From SAR86 cluster bacterium SAR86B (GTDB lineage: Bacteria; Pseudomonadota; Gammaproteobacteria; Magnimaribacterales; D2472), in NCBI GenBank assembly GCA_905182885.1, contig CAJJCW010000002.1:24107-88106 (forward strand): a stretch of DNA of 64,000 nt. The letters are read 5' to 3'. Of this stretch, positions 21,273 through 31,455 are shown in pieces. The notes beneath the pieces are model-generated. The model worked only from the letters and a program-made list of their open reading frames with translations. It made no database searches and had not been told where the DNA came from. A program made the position numbers and the translations under genes. Each line of letters begins with the position of its first letter. Position 1 is the first letter of the stretch.

Positions 21273-21506
21273 TTATATTCTCTCCACTCTTATAATACCA
21301 AATCTGGGAGATGAAAAGGTAATAGAGTCTTTGGTTAATATATCAGAAACTATTGTTATCATTCTGATGCTATTACCACATATTATTATTAAAGGTATTT
21401 CACCTTGATACTGATAAACAAAATCAAGAATCATATCAGCTACATCAGCATGCCTTTCGCCATGAAGATCTAGATGAGTAATACCCCTTTCTTGAAAAAC
21501 AATCAT
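21273..21506 (-). CDS. Minimal Smr-domain protein (77 aa)
   Basis: [12 protein letters not shown]...PLIIICGNS follows the Smr pattern LDLHG...IIHGKG. Confidence 0.5.
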   Translation of the reverse strand: MIVFQERGITHLDLHGERHADVADMILDFVYQYQGEIPLIIICGNSIRMITIVSDILTKDSITFSSPRFGIIRVERI

Positions 21507-21545
21507 GAACTATTATTACCTAATAAACTCTAATTTAAAAAGATA

Positions 21546-22127
21546 ATGGCAAAACTTCACTTTTTTTACTCAACCATGAATGCTGGCAAATCAACATCAT
21601 TGCTTCAATCAAATCACAATTATCTTGAAACAAATTTAGAAACTATGATTTTTCTACCAAAAGAAATCGAAGCAACTTCTAATGGGAAGATAGTTTCACG
21701 AATAGGTTTAGAGGCTGAAGCTATAATATTTGACGGTGAATTTAATTTTTTAACTTATGTAAATAATAATAAGACTCCTAAGTTAAGCTGCATTCTGGTA
21801 GATGAATCACAGTTCCTGACTAAAGTACAAGTTCAACAACTAGGAGAGATAGCTGATGACATGAACTTTCCGGTAATGTGCTATGGAATTAGGACAGACT
21901 TCAGGGGAGAATTATTTGAGGGTAGCTCCGCTCTTCTTGGTTCTGCTGATAACTTAATAGAGTTAAAGACAATTTGCTCAACCTGTGCAAGAAAAGCAAC
22001 TATGGTTGTTAGATTGGATTCAAAAGGTAATGTCGTAACAGAAGGATCTAAAATTAAAATTGGTGGTAACGATATATATAAAGTTGTTTGTAGAAAGCAC
22101 TTTCGAAAACTTACCCAGTTAATATAG
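21546..22127 (+). CDS. tdk: Thymidine kinase
   Basis: MAKLHFFYSTMNAGKSTSLL P-loop, VDESQF, and a C-terminal zinc ribbon (CSTCARKA...VCRKH). Confidence 0.9.
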   Translation: MAKLHFFYSTMNAGKSTSLLQSNHNYLETNLETMIFLPKEIEATSNGKIVSRIGLEAEAIIFDGEFNFLTYVNNNKTPKLSCILVDESQFLTKVQVQQLGEIADDMNFPVMCYGIRTDFRGELFEGSSALLGSADNLIELKTICSTCARKATMVVRLDSKGNVVTEGSKIKIGGNDIYKVVCRKHFRKLTQLI

Positions 22128-22215
22128 TTTTATAAAATTTTTAAAGAAAATTATTAATACAAACTAGAATAATTTTTTTGTATTACCATATAAGAAATAA
22201 ACATAAGGATTAGAT

Positions 22216-23229
22216 ATGGAATATACAAATACTCAATGGTTGCTAGACAAAAGACCTGAGGGAATGCCAGAAGATAGTTGCTGGAAGATCAATAAACAAT
22301 CAATTACCTCTCTTGAGAAAAATGAAATTCTTATTGAGGTGAAATATCTTTCAATCGATCCATACATGAGAGGAAGAATGAATGATTCATCCTCATATGC
22401 AGAACCAGCAAAAATTGGAGACCCAATGACGGGTGAAACTGTTGGTGTTGTAGTCGAGAGCAATTCAGATCTATATCAAATAGGTGATAAAGTTTGCGCT
22501 CATCAGGGATGGCAAACTCATATTAAATCTAAAGACACAGAGCCTTCTCTATTTAAAGTTCCAAACTCAGACATTCCTTTGTCATCTTATCTAGGCACTG
22601 TTGGGATGCCTGGAAGAACTGCATATTTTGGATTTAATAAAGTTGGTAAGCCTGTATCAGGGGAAACGGTAGTTGTCTCTGCTGCTTCGGGTGCTGTGGG
22701 AACTGTTGTTGGCCAGTTAGCAAAGTTACAAGGATGTCGCGTTATTGGTGTTGCTGGTGGTGATGAAAAATGCTCTTATGTAAAAGAGGTTTTAGGATTT
22801 GATGAATGCGTTGACTATAAAGCAGGCAACGTAATGGATGATCTTAAGAATGCTTGTCCAAATGGTATTGATATTTATTTTGAAAATGTAGGCGGTGAAG
22901 TTACCAGAGCAGTTGCTCCTTTACTAAATGCCGGAGCTCGTGTTCCTATTTGTGGTTTCATATCTCAATATAATGCAAAAGATATGTTTGCAGTTGAGAC
23001 ACCTTTCAATGTTCTAGGGGCTCTTGATCCTAAGCCAGAACATAGATTTTTTGTTGTTACCGAATGGATGAATGAGTGGAAAGAAGCAACTGCTTTTTTA
23101 TCTGACCTAATCTCCAAAGATAAACTTCGTTATAAAGAAACTATTACTGAAGGTTTTGAAAATGCCCCTCAAGCTCTGAGAGACGTCTTAACAGGTAAGA
23201 ATTTTGGTAAGCAGCTTATAAAAATATAA
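22216..23229 (+). CDS. NADP-dependent oxidoreductase of the medium-chain dehydrogenase/reductase family (CurA/YncB-like)
   Basis: 337 aa with the nucleotide-binding motif VVSAASGAVGTVVGQLAKLQGCRVIG. Confidence 0.8.
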   Translation: MEYTNTQWLLDKRPEGMPEDSCWKINKQSITSLEKNEILIEVKYLSIDPYMRGRMNDSSSYAEPAKIGDPMTGETVGVVVESNSDLYQIGDKVCAHQGWQTHIKSKDTEPSLFKVPNSDIPLSSYLGTVGMPGRTAYFGFNKVGKPVSGETVVVSAASGAVGTVVGQLAKLQGCRVIGVAGGDEKCSYVKEVLGFDECVDYKAGNVMDDLKNACPNGIDIYFENVGGEVTRAVAPLLNAGARVPICGFISQYNAKDMFAVETPFNVLGALDPKPEHRFFVVTEWMNEWKEATAFLSDLISKDKLRYKETITEGFENAPQALRDVLTGKNFGKQLIKI

Positions 23230-23230
23230 T

Positions 23231-24040
23231 CTAAGTTAGATGAATACTGCCAATCATATATAGGACAGCTTTTCCGCCTATAAAAACTCTTTCATCGGCG
23301 TCTTCACAAGTTAGCAAGCCTCCTCTTTGTGATACTTGCTTAGCTCTTAGTTTTTTCTTATTGAGCCTTTTTGACCAGTATGGTGTAAGAGTCGTGTGTG
23401 CTGAGCCCGTTACAGGATCCTCATCAACACCTGTTGAGGGAAAAAAACATCTAGAAACAAAATCAAACTCACTGCTAGGAGCACTAACTATAATACCTCT
23501 AAGTGGAATTTTCTTAAGTAAAGCAAAGTCAGGCTGAAGGTCCTCTATATCTGATTCATTATCAAGAATTACTAGAAGGTCATCCCTACCCCTAAATATT
23601 TCTTTTGGTACTAAACCTCCAAGGACATCAATAATACTAGACCTATAGTCATCATGCTCTTGGATATTATCTTTTGGGAAATCTAAAAATAAATAGTCTT
23701 TATTTTGCGAAACTTTCAACGATCCATTTTTCAATGAATGAACTTCAAACTCTGTAGCTTTAGTATTTATATAATTAAAATAAATAAATGCAGATGCTAA
23801 TGTTGCATGACCGCATAGATCGATCTCACATGATGGGGAAAACCATCTAATAAAATATTTATCATTCTCTAGCCTTATAAATGCTGTTTCAGATAAATTA
23901 TTTTCTGCGGCAATCAATTGCATTAGAGAAGGATCATTTATATCTGAGAATATTACAGCGGCTGGGTTTCCAGAAAACAATGAATCAGTAAAGGCATCAA
24001 CATAATAAATAGGAGTATTCATCTGCGATTTTTCTAGCAC
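23231..24040 (-). CDS. PhzF-family isomerase
   Basis: 269 aa: YYVDAFTDSLFSGNPAAV..., LSETAF, CGHATLA, and a C-terminal DPVTGSAH. Confidence 0.8.
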   Translation of the reverse strand: MLEKSQMNTPIYYVDAFTDSLFSGNPAAVIFSDINDPSLMQLIAAENNLSETAFIRLENDKYFIRWFSPSCEIDLCGHATLASAFIYFNYINTKATEFEVHSLKNGSLKVSQNKDYLFLDFPKDNIQEHDDYRSSIIDVLGGLVPKEIFRGRDDLLVILDNESDIEDLQPDFALLKKIPLRGIIVSAPSSEFDFVSRCFFPSTGVDEDPVTGSAHTTLTPYWSKRLNKKKLRAKQVSQRGGLLTCEDADERVFIGGKAVLYMIGSIHLT

Positions 24041-24930
24041 ATCATTTCATGCTCAAACTCTAGTGTTGAGTGAGAAATGCCATAGTTATCTAGTAAGCTT
24101 TTTTTAATAATTCTTTTGGTATTTTCCATATCGTTGAAATCATTTAGATCAACTACAACATGGGCCTCTAAAGCTATGGTTGATTCATCTAAAGACCAAA
24201 TATGCATATGGTGAACGTCATCTACGTGCTCTATTTTTGAAAGAGTTATTTTAATAGCCTCTAAATCAATATCGTCAGGAACGCCTTCCATTAGAAGATG
24301 TATTGTTCTTGGAAGCATTGCAAAAGCTTGATACAAAATAAATAGAGCAAGCATTCCGGTTAAAAGAGTATCAACCCAATACCATTGATAGAGGATAATT
24401 AATGAGCCAGCAACAATAACTGCAAGAGATGCCATTGCATCAGAAAGATTATGGAGGAAAGCAGCTCGCATGTTCATGTTATTTTTAGATAAACTAAATG
24501 TGATTAAGGCTGTTACGAAATCTACTATTAAAGCTATCCCCGCTACAAGAATAATAATCCATCCAGAGATTTCAACAGGCTCAAAAAATCTCCATGCAGC
24601 CTCATATAAAAGATAAAAACTTATCACTACTAGTATTACTAAATTTATAAGAGCAGCTATAACCTCAGCTCTTTTGTAACCAAAAGTTTTAGAGTTATCT
24701 GCTGGTCTTCTACTTATTTTTCTGGCAAAAATTGCAATACCCAAAGATGCAGCATCACTTAGATTGTGAAGAGCATCTGCTATTAGCGACAAACTGCCTG
24801 ATAGAATGCCTCCAATAACTTGAAAAACTGTTAATAAGGAATTAATTGAAACAGCTACTATTAAGCTAAAATCACTATCCTCTGGAGAATGATGGCTATG
24901 ATTATGATTGTGGTTATGTGAATGTGCCAT
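24034..24930 (-). CDS. Cation diffusion facilitator transporter (CzcD/ZitB-like) with a His-rich N-terminus
   Basis: MAHSHNHNHNHSHH leader, six TM segments with HNLSDA motifs, and a C-terminal cytoplasmic domain. Confidence 0.85.
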   Translation of the reverse strand: MAHSHNHNHNHSHHSPEDSDFSLIVAVSINSLLTVFQVIGGILSGSLSLIADALHNLSDAASLGIAIFARKISRRPADNSKTFGYKRAEVIAALINLVILVVISFYLLYEAAWRFFEPVEISGWIIILVAGIALIVDFVTALITFSLSKNNMNMRAAFLHNLSDAMASLAVIVAGSLIILYQWYWVDTLLTGMLALFILYQAFAMLPRTIHLLMEGVPDDIDLEAIKITLSKIEHVDDVHHMHIWSLDESTIALEAHVVVDLNDFNDMENTKRIIKKSLLDNYGISHSTLEFEHEMMC

Positions 24931-25065
24931 AGGTGACCTGAGTATAGGATTACATAGCCATAAGGGTCAATAGTTAGAATAATAGGAACTAAAGCTTAAA
25001 TTTAAACCTTAGTCCCTATATTATTTGATTGAGCGGACAAGCCGCTCCAGGTAATTAATAAGCTC

Positions 25066-25461
25066 TTAAGCCTTAATATTATGCATAGTGCATATTTTAT
25101 TACCTGATGGGTCTTTTAAGTAGCCTAGATAGGCTTTCATTCCACCACCATCTCTAACTCCAGGAGGATCTTCACAAGTTACCCCACCATTCTCTTCTCC
25201 AATTTTATGCCACTCATCAATAGTTGCCGTATCTTTTGCCTTAAAACCAATAGTTGCTCCATTTCCATGAGATGCTGAATTTCCATCTAATGGCTCAGAG
25301 ATCAAAAAAGTGCCTCCATCTAAAAAGTACATATATCTGACAACACCACCGTGACCGATGTGCTTGTAACCTGGCTTTGCACCCAAAACACCAAGTGTCG
25401 CATCATAAAATTTCTTTGATGCCTCAATATCAGTTGCCCCTAGCATTACGTGATTGAACAT
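25066..25461 (-). CDS. VOC/glyoxalase-family protein
   Basis: 131 aa. The FNHVMLGATDIEASKKFY start is typical of glyoxalase-fold proteins. Confidence 0.65.
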   Translation of the reverse strand: MFNHVMLGATDIEASKKFYDATLGVLGAKPGYKHIGHGGVVRYMYFLDGGTFLISEPLDGNSASHGNGATIGFKAKDTATIDEWHKIGEENGGVTCEDPPGVRDGGGMKAYLGYLKDPSGNKICTMHNIKA

Positions 25462-25485
25462 TATTTATCTCCTTTAAATATTTGT

Positions 25486-25561
25486 TGGTGGAGCTAGGCG
25501 GGATCGAACCGCCGACCTCTTGCGTGCCACGCAAGCGCTCTCCCAGCTGAGCTATAGCCCC
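25486..25561 (-). tRNA. tRNA-Ala (anticodon GGC)
   Basis: The reverse complement GGGGCTATAGCTCAGCTGGGAGAGCGCTTGCGTGGCACGCAAGAGGTCGGCGGTTCGATCCCGCCTAGCTCCACCA folds as a cloverleaf. The anticodon loop is GTGGCAC and it carries the G3:U70 identity pair. Confidence 0.9.
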
Positions 25562-25622
25562 ATTCTAAATGTCATTATAGGGATAAAGGCCCTGAGAGCA
25601 CTAATTATTTGTATTTTTTTTA

Positions 25623-26286
25623 CTAACTACCTGGAGGTCTATTCAAGGGCGGGCCTGAAGGCTGAATAGGTCTTTCAAGAGGTCTGCTTGGCTGACTATT
25701 TGCTGGATTACTAGGTATAGATAAAGATCTATATTTAGGCTTAATGGGTTCAGTTAAAGGTTTTGTATTTTTTGGCTTATAGAATAAATTATAAATGTAC
25801 ACAGTTAAATCGATATCAGTTTTAAAGTCTTGTCTGCGAATATTCTGGGCGTCTTTATATAATAAAAATTGATCTTGGTCTTTAAATTTATGCCTATATT
25901 TACGAAAAGAGAATCTATGCTCCTGGTCTTTTATTGAGCATGATGATCCATCCTGCATAGTTGGTGGTGAGTATTTTATATATCTAGCAGCTGTATAAGA
26001 TATCTTTTTAAAATAAGGGCATTTTTTAAAAAGTATACTTCCATCTTCATTTCTAGAAATAACACACTGTGATTCAGTAGTTTTTATATTATTTACAAGG
26101 CCGTCCTTCTTGATATCAAAGGAAACTATAGAATATCCTTGATAAGGTATTTGTGGCGTACCTGGATAGTCAGGTTTCATAATTTGTAATTTCTTTGCTG
26201 AACAGCCGTCTCTCATCAGTAATAGTCTCAGCCTCAATCAAATTAAAAAACATGAAGCATAAAATAAAAATAAATAACTTTTTCAT
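25623..26286 (-). pseudogene. Secreted TonB-C-terminal-like domain protein with a Pro-rich tail; the signal peptide is out of frame
   Basis: The main ORF (25623..26237) contains PDYPGTPQIPYQGYSIVSFDIKKDGLVNNIKTTES...AARYIKYSPP (TonB_C-like) and ends in a Pro-rich tail. A 38-codon ORF starts at 26286 (MKKLFIFILCFMFFNLIEAE...) in another frame and stops at 26170. Removing one A from GAAACC near 26173-26178 would fuse them. Confidence 0.4.
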
Positions 26287-26311
26287 AATTTAAACCCTTT
26301 TTAATAAAGTA

Positions 26312-27115
26312 TTAGATAAACCCTCTAAAACCTTTCTTTACTCTCAATTTAAAAGCAAAAAAATTATCTTTTCCAGAGGCTTTCACTCTCTTGAGCTCAT
26401 AAATTGAATCTAATGATACAACTCCCTCATCTGTTGTAACGGCAGACTCAAAGCTACTATTCTTTATAATTTGAACATCCTCTTGTGCATAGATACCAAA
26501 AGGATATGCAAAACTTGTTACCTTGGTATTAAATTTATTTTCCAAAATAGTCTTACAAGAAATTATTTCATTTTCTTTTTCTTCAATAGTGAGGTTTGGT
26601 AAAAAGGGATGAGAAATAGTATGACCGCCTAATTCAAAAATATCTGAATCGACCATCTCTGCAATTTGACCATCCGTAAGCTTCTCCTCTTTAGCGAGAA
26701 TGCCGGTATTGTGTTTTGAATTCTTTTTAACAGACCAGTCATTGTCATGCCTATCAATGACTAAGTACAAAGTAGCACAAGCATTATATTTTTTTAACAA
26801 TGGGAATGCTGTTTTATAGTTATCGAGATAACCATCATCAAATGTTATTGCTACAACCTTGGCATCATCATTATATTTATTGAGTTCAGACATCTTAATA
26901 AATTTCCAATCATTATCAGTAAAATATTTTAAGTGTTTTTCAAACATCTGCTCTGATACCCTTAGACCTGATTTTTTACTATCAGCCACCTGATCAGAAA
27001 TCATGTGATACATCATGATTCGTGTCTTCTTTTTGCTGATAGATGGATACCACCATGCATACTTAAGAGAAAGTAAGATTAAGAATATATCAATCGCAAT
27101 CGCTAGAATGATCAT
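26312..27115 (-). CDS. Polysaccharide deacetylase (NodB homology domain), membrane-anchored
   Basis: N-terminal TM, then ITFDDGY, GGHTISHP and YPFG motifs. Confidence 0.8.
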   Translation of the reverse strand: MIILAIAIDIFLILLSLKYAWWYPSISKKKTRIMMYHMISDQVADSKKSGLRVSEQMFEKHLKYFTDNDWKFIKMSELNKYNDDAKVVAITFDDGYLDNYKTAFPLLKKYNACATLYLVIDRHDNDWSVKKNSKHNTGILAKEEKLTDGQIAEMVDSDIFELGGHTISHPFLPNLTIEEKENEIISCKTILENKFNTKVTSFAYPFGIYAQEDVQIIKNSSFESAVTTDEGVVSLDSIYELKRVKASGKDNFFAFKLRVKKGFRGFI

Positions 27116-28218
27116 GAGGATATTTCCTTGTATAACTTGATAGTTTTGTCACACATTTCAGAAGTAAGAAATTTAGTATTTACTTTAGTTTCTGTATTAT
27201 TTCCATCCAAGATAGCTAGTGATTTGTTTAAAAGCTCTTTATCGTCATCGGGATCGATTGCTCCGAACGGATAAAGTTCGTTTAGAATTTCCTTGACGCC
27301 TCCCCTATCATAACCAATAGATGGTATGCCTATTGATAGTGGTTCAAGAATACTTCTTCCAAAAGATTCGGGTTTATTTGAAGTGTTATAAACAACTGAG
27401 GAAATAGCATATATGTCTTTAATATCTTTCCTAAAATTTAAGAAATAAATATCATTTGATAACCCAAGCTTTTGAATAATACTTTTTAGTTCTTCTAAAT
27501 ACTTTGAATGTTTGTCTTTAGCTTCGCCTGCAATTAAAACTTTACATTCATGAGAAGATTTATCTTTAATAGCCTTTGCTAGATAAATTATTTTTTTTAA
27601 GTCTTTAAGAGGTGAGATTCTTCCAGCAATAGTGAGTAACTTCTTGAATTCGGTTTCAGGATATTTTGCATACCATTCAGAAAGCCATTTATCTGAGGGC
27701 TTATAGCCCTTAAAGTAACTATTAGAATCAATCCCTCTATAAATTAGATTTATATTTTTTGATTGCTCTTTAGTGTAATTTTTAATGATGTAGTCTTTCG
27801 AGCTATTCGATACTGCAATGATATTGAAAGGTTTAGTCATTACTGCGCTGTAAAAGTTTATAGAATGAAGTCCATGGACTGTTGAGACGAGCTGTGGGCG
27901 TTTTTTCTTAGAAATACCATTAAGTGCCTTCCAAACTACCCAAGCTGGCATTCTGGACCTTATATGAAGGACGTCAGGATTCATTGATAATATCCACTTT
28001 CTGAGAGGCTTAACCAGCTTAAAGGTAAATAAACTCTTTTTATGAAGATTCCAAAGATGATGATGACTACCTTGTTTTACAAGATCCTCTACCAACCTTC
28101 CACCAGCAGAGACTACATGCGACTCATGACCGTTATCAACCAATGCCTTAGCTATTTCAAGAACGCCTTGCTCGACTCCCCCGCTCTCTAGAGTTGGAAC
28201 AAACTGAATTATTTTCAT
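27112..28218 (-). CDS. Glycosyltransferase family 4
   Basis: 368 aa: N-terminal GGVEQGV motif and a C-terminal PESFGRSILEPLSIGIPSIGYDRGG (E-x7-E type). Confidence 0.75.
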   Translation of the reverse strand: MKIIQFVPTLESGGVEQGVLEIAKALVDNGHESHVVSAGGRLVEDLVKQGSHHHLWNLHKKSLFTFKLVKPLRKWILSMNPDVLHIRSRMPAWVVWKALNGISKKKRPQLVSTVHGLHSINFYSAVMTKPFNIIAVSNSSKDYIIKNYTKEQSKNINLIYRGIDSNSYFKGYKPSDKWLSEWYAKYPETEFKKLLTIAGRISPLKDLKKIIYLAKAIKDKSSHECKVLIAGEAKDKHSKYLEELKSIIQKLGLSNDIYFLNFRKDIKDIYAISSVVYNTSNKPESFGRSILEPLSIGIPSIGYDRGGVKEILNELYPFGAIDPDDDKELLNKSLAILDGNNTETKVNTKFLTSEMCDKTIKLYKEISS

Positions 28219-28458
28219 TTTAAAATTTTATCACTGAAATTATGAAATCTGAATGATTGTTAGAGAAGATTTTAGTGGTTTGTTCTAGGAGTTTATTATT
28301 TAACTTTATATTTTATATAAATATTCATTACACGAATTGATACTTTTGAAAGTAAAGAGAATGCATAAATGCTAATAGATATTTTCAGCTTTTTTAAAAA
28401 AATAGACATGATTTATATATTATATTGCGAAAGCTATAAATGATATTAATTCAGGCAT

Positions 28459-28487
28459 AAAAAAAGGGTTGCAAATGCAACCCTTTT
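28459..28487 (-). terminator. Rho-independent terminator downstream of the decayed TBDR gene
   Basis: AAAAAAA-GGGTTGCA-AA-TGCAACCC-TTTT. On the minus strand the stem is followed by T7. Confidence 0.6.
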
Positions 28488-28499
28488 AATAAGTTCACT

Positions 28500-31192
28500 A
28501 AGCTCTTATAGATCCCAAGAGAATCCAAATATAGTAGACATACCAAGTTGTCATGAATAGCTCTATTATAGTTACCATTGCAGATTTAATGGAGGATCTT
28601 CTTTAGTAAGTTTCTTAACATTAATGATACTGATAGTCCATCTACACCAGGAACTGTATAAACGCTCTTAAGTTAACCATTCCATTCGAATCAACCTATA
28701 GCACTACGTAAGTCTGCATGAATGTATCTAGCGAGCTCATCAATAATGAATACTGAAAGCTAAATTCAATTCAGGTACAGCTTGAAGTGTGTGACCAACA
28801 TCAAAGTTATATCTCATTTCAGGAATGATGTAAGACCTACATAGTTAACAACAGGTCCATTATAGAATGCTTCTGACTTTGACTCATCCATAACTACCAT
28901 TCCTAAGATTAACATCAAAGTCACCAACGCCAGTTTCAAATAAACCAGTATATTTGATATCTGTTCCAGATACTGTTGCTTTTTACCATTAATTGGATTA
29001 CGTGTAACAAACTTGTAAGTTTGCATCAGCTTGGCCATTCAAGTCTTTCACAATATGCGCCCTGAGACGTTAGAGTTGCAGAGTAGCTGCGCCAAGAATA
29101 CTAGCATCATAATATCCTGAACTGAATACCAGTAATGAACTTATCAATTTCAGTATTAAAGAAGTCAACAGCTAAAGAATGGTTGCCCAATGTGTATATA
29201 GCACCAAAGTTCATTGATTCTGATGTTTCAGGTCCTAGATTAGGGTTAGCTGAAATATAAGTATTAACTTGCTCATCATGGACAATCAGCTCTAGCAATA
29301 CCTTGAGCAGCACATTTGACATAGTCATTATGACTATCAGCACTAAATGTAGTGTTAGCTGCTAAGATCGCCTAAACCAGGAGCACGGAAACCAGTTCCC
29401 ATAGATGCTCTAAGTGTTAGTCCTTCCATTACTTCAATAAACCTTTAACAGTATATGAAGTGTTAGTACCGAAATCACTGTAGTCATCGTTTCTGACAGC
29501 TATTGATAGTTCGCCTCTACCATCCATTAATGATGTTTTAGTTTCAACAAACATAGCAGTATACTTCTTGAATTTGCTGAAGAGTTTCCTGATGAACCAC
29601 CAACGTTACCGACTTCAGACTTGCTTGTCATAATTATTTTCATAGTTATATTCAGCATCTTGAATACCAGCTACAAAATCAGTATTTGGAACCATTTTTA
29701 AAGGTCCTCCGATTGTGTACTCTAAGCTTCTGAACTGAGAGTGTGATGTCACTGAAGGTGATGATGTGTAATAAGCTACAACATCTGGGTGAAATAAGTC
29801 TGTTTGACCTTTAAACGTTCCCGCTCCGCCTGGTGCAAAAGCTGTAGCAGCTTCTGTATATTCAGGTTTTTGAAGGTAACAACAGTCATTTGTTAGGTAA
29901 TCAGCAATATGCCACTGCATAGAAAGATCCCAATTGTAATCGTCCATAACAACACCATTTAAACCAACTACGACGTTTCCAGTCCAGTCAGTATCTGCTG
30001 AAGCCCTTGGTCCAATTTCAATAAATCTTTTTCTTAACTGAGTTGGTACATTAATAGTTACTACTCTTTCAGGTGTTCCATCTGCTTGAGCTGGAATTCT
30101 TGCTCTAGCAAGTCCTGCTGGGTAAGGGTTGATGAAAGCAGCTGGAGGAGCGTATCTTCCAAATGTTTCCTGTCTTGAAGTAACGATTTGTGCATATGCA
30201 GTCATGTCATTACCAAGTTCTTTGTCATAATTTACAGTAAAGTAATCACTTTTCTTACCTGCATTTTCAGCCATGATAGCTGTGTAATCGAATGAACATA
30301 GATAGTTTTTATCTAATCCACCTGTTGGTGCAGCACCTAGGATGTATGTTTTACCATCTTGTAAGAATCTTGAGTCACCTTGACATTCAGCAGCAGGTAA
30401 CCATTGACCTTTTACTAAACCATTTGCAGGATCATCTTCATTAAGGATGTAGTTCCAAGCATATGATGAAACACTAAAGCCTGTGCTGAAGTTGTCATCT
30501 GTTGGAGCTCTACCAGCTGTATAATCTCTGTCTGAAAGATAAATAATGTCTCTTTGTGAATGTTCGTAAGACCAAGTAATTGAAGAATCATCTCCAGTAA
30601 CTCCACCAACGATTGAGAAAGACTCTTCCTCACCACCGGCTAGATCTGGTTCTGATATAGAACCTGACACAGTCATTCCATCAAAACCTTTTTTAGTGAT
30701 AATGTTAACAACACCACCAATAGCATCTGAACCGTATACAGCTGATGCTCCATCGGCAAGAATTTCAACTCTTTCAATAGCAGCAGTTGGTAACATATTA
30801 ATGTTAGCTGATGCGCCATCTAATTTAGGTGAACCGGGGATTCTTCTGCCGTCAATAAGAACAAGAGTTCTTCCTGCTCCTAAACCTCTTAAGCTGACCT
30901 GAGCTTGAGACCCAGCTGATGAACCAGAACGTTCGTAGAAAGAACCAGAAATGTTTATAGGCATTTCTCTTAATACCTCTGCGATTCCTAATTCTCCTGA
31001 TCTAGCTATTGCTTCTTGATCGATTATGACAACTGGTTGTGCACCAGTAAACTCTGATGTCGCTATACGCGAACCGGTTACCGTTACTTCTTCAACATCA
31101 GAATCTCCATTATCTTCTTGAGCTATTACAGCTGTAGAGATAAAAGAAAAACTAAGCAAAAAAGCTAGTAAGTATTTCTCTTTGTTAAACAT
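28500..31192 (-). pseudogene. TonB-dependent receptor: N-terminal 525 codons intact, C-terminal ~1.1 kb broken by many frameshifts
   Basis: ORF 29615..31192 has a signal peptide, the TonB box EEVTVTGSRI, a plug and the early barrel. Downstream, barrel-like pieces sit in alternating frames: FKKYTAMFVETKTSLMDGRGELSIAVRNDDYSDFG, MEGLTLRASMGTGFRAPGL, NTYISANPNLGPETSESMNFGAIYTLG, YTGLFETGVGDFDVNLRNGSYG. The 3' boundary is approximate. Confidence 0.8.
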
Positions 31193-31455
31193 ACAATTCC
31201 CCTGTAGTTAAAAATTTATATAAATATAATAAAAACAATCCATAAATGAACGCATTTAATACATGTGGAATGATTGTGACACGTAAATTAACAACAATAC
31301 AACTATTTTATGAAAGTTTTTATTAACACATTTTCTGAATATATCCTAGTAGCTTAGGTATATATTTTTAAAACACATAATAATTTAAGATAAAATACGA
31401 AAAGAATATGAATATCTTTTACAATGAATAAGTTAACTACAAAGATATAAAAATA

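Noticed and set aside
28814-29343. ORFs 28814..29038 and 29107..29343, listed as separate small proteins.
   Set aside because: Their translations (…NTYISANPNLGPETSESMNFGAIYTLG…; …FYNGPVVNYVG…) are beta-barrel fragments of the decayed TonB-dependent receptor, not independent genes.
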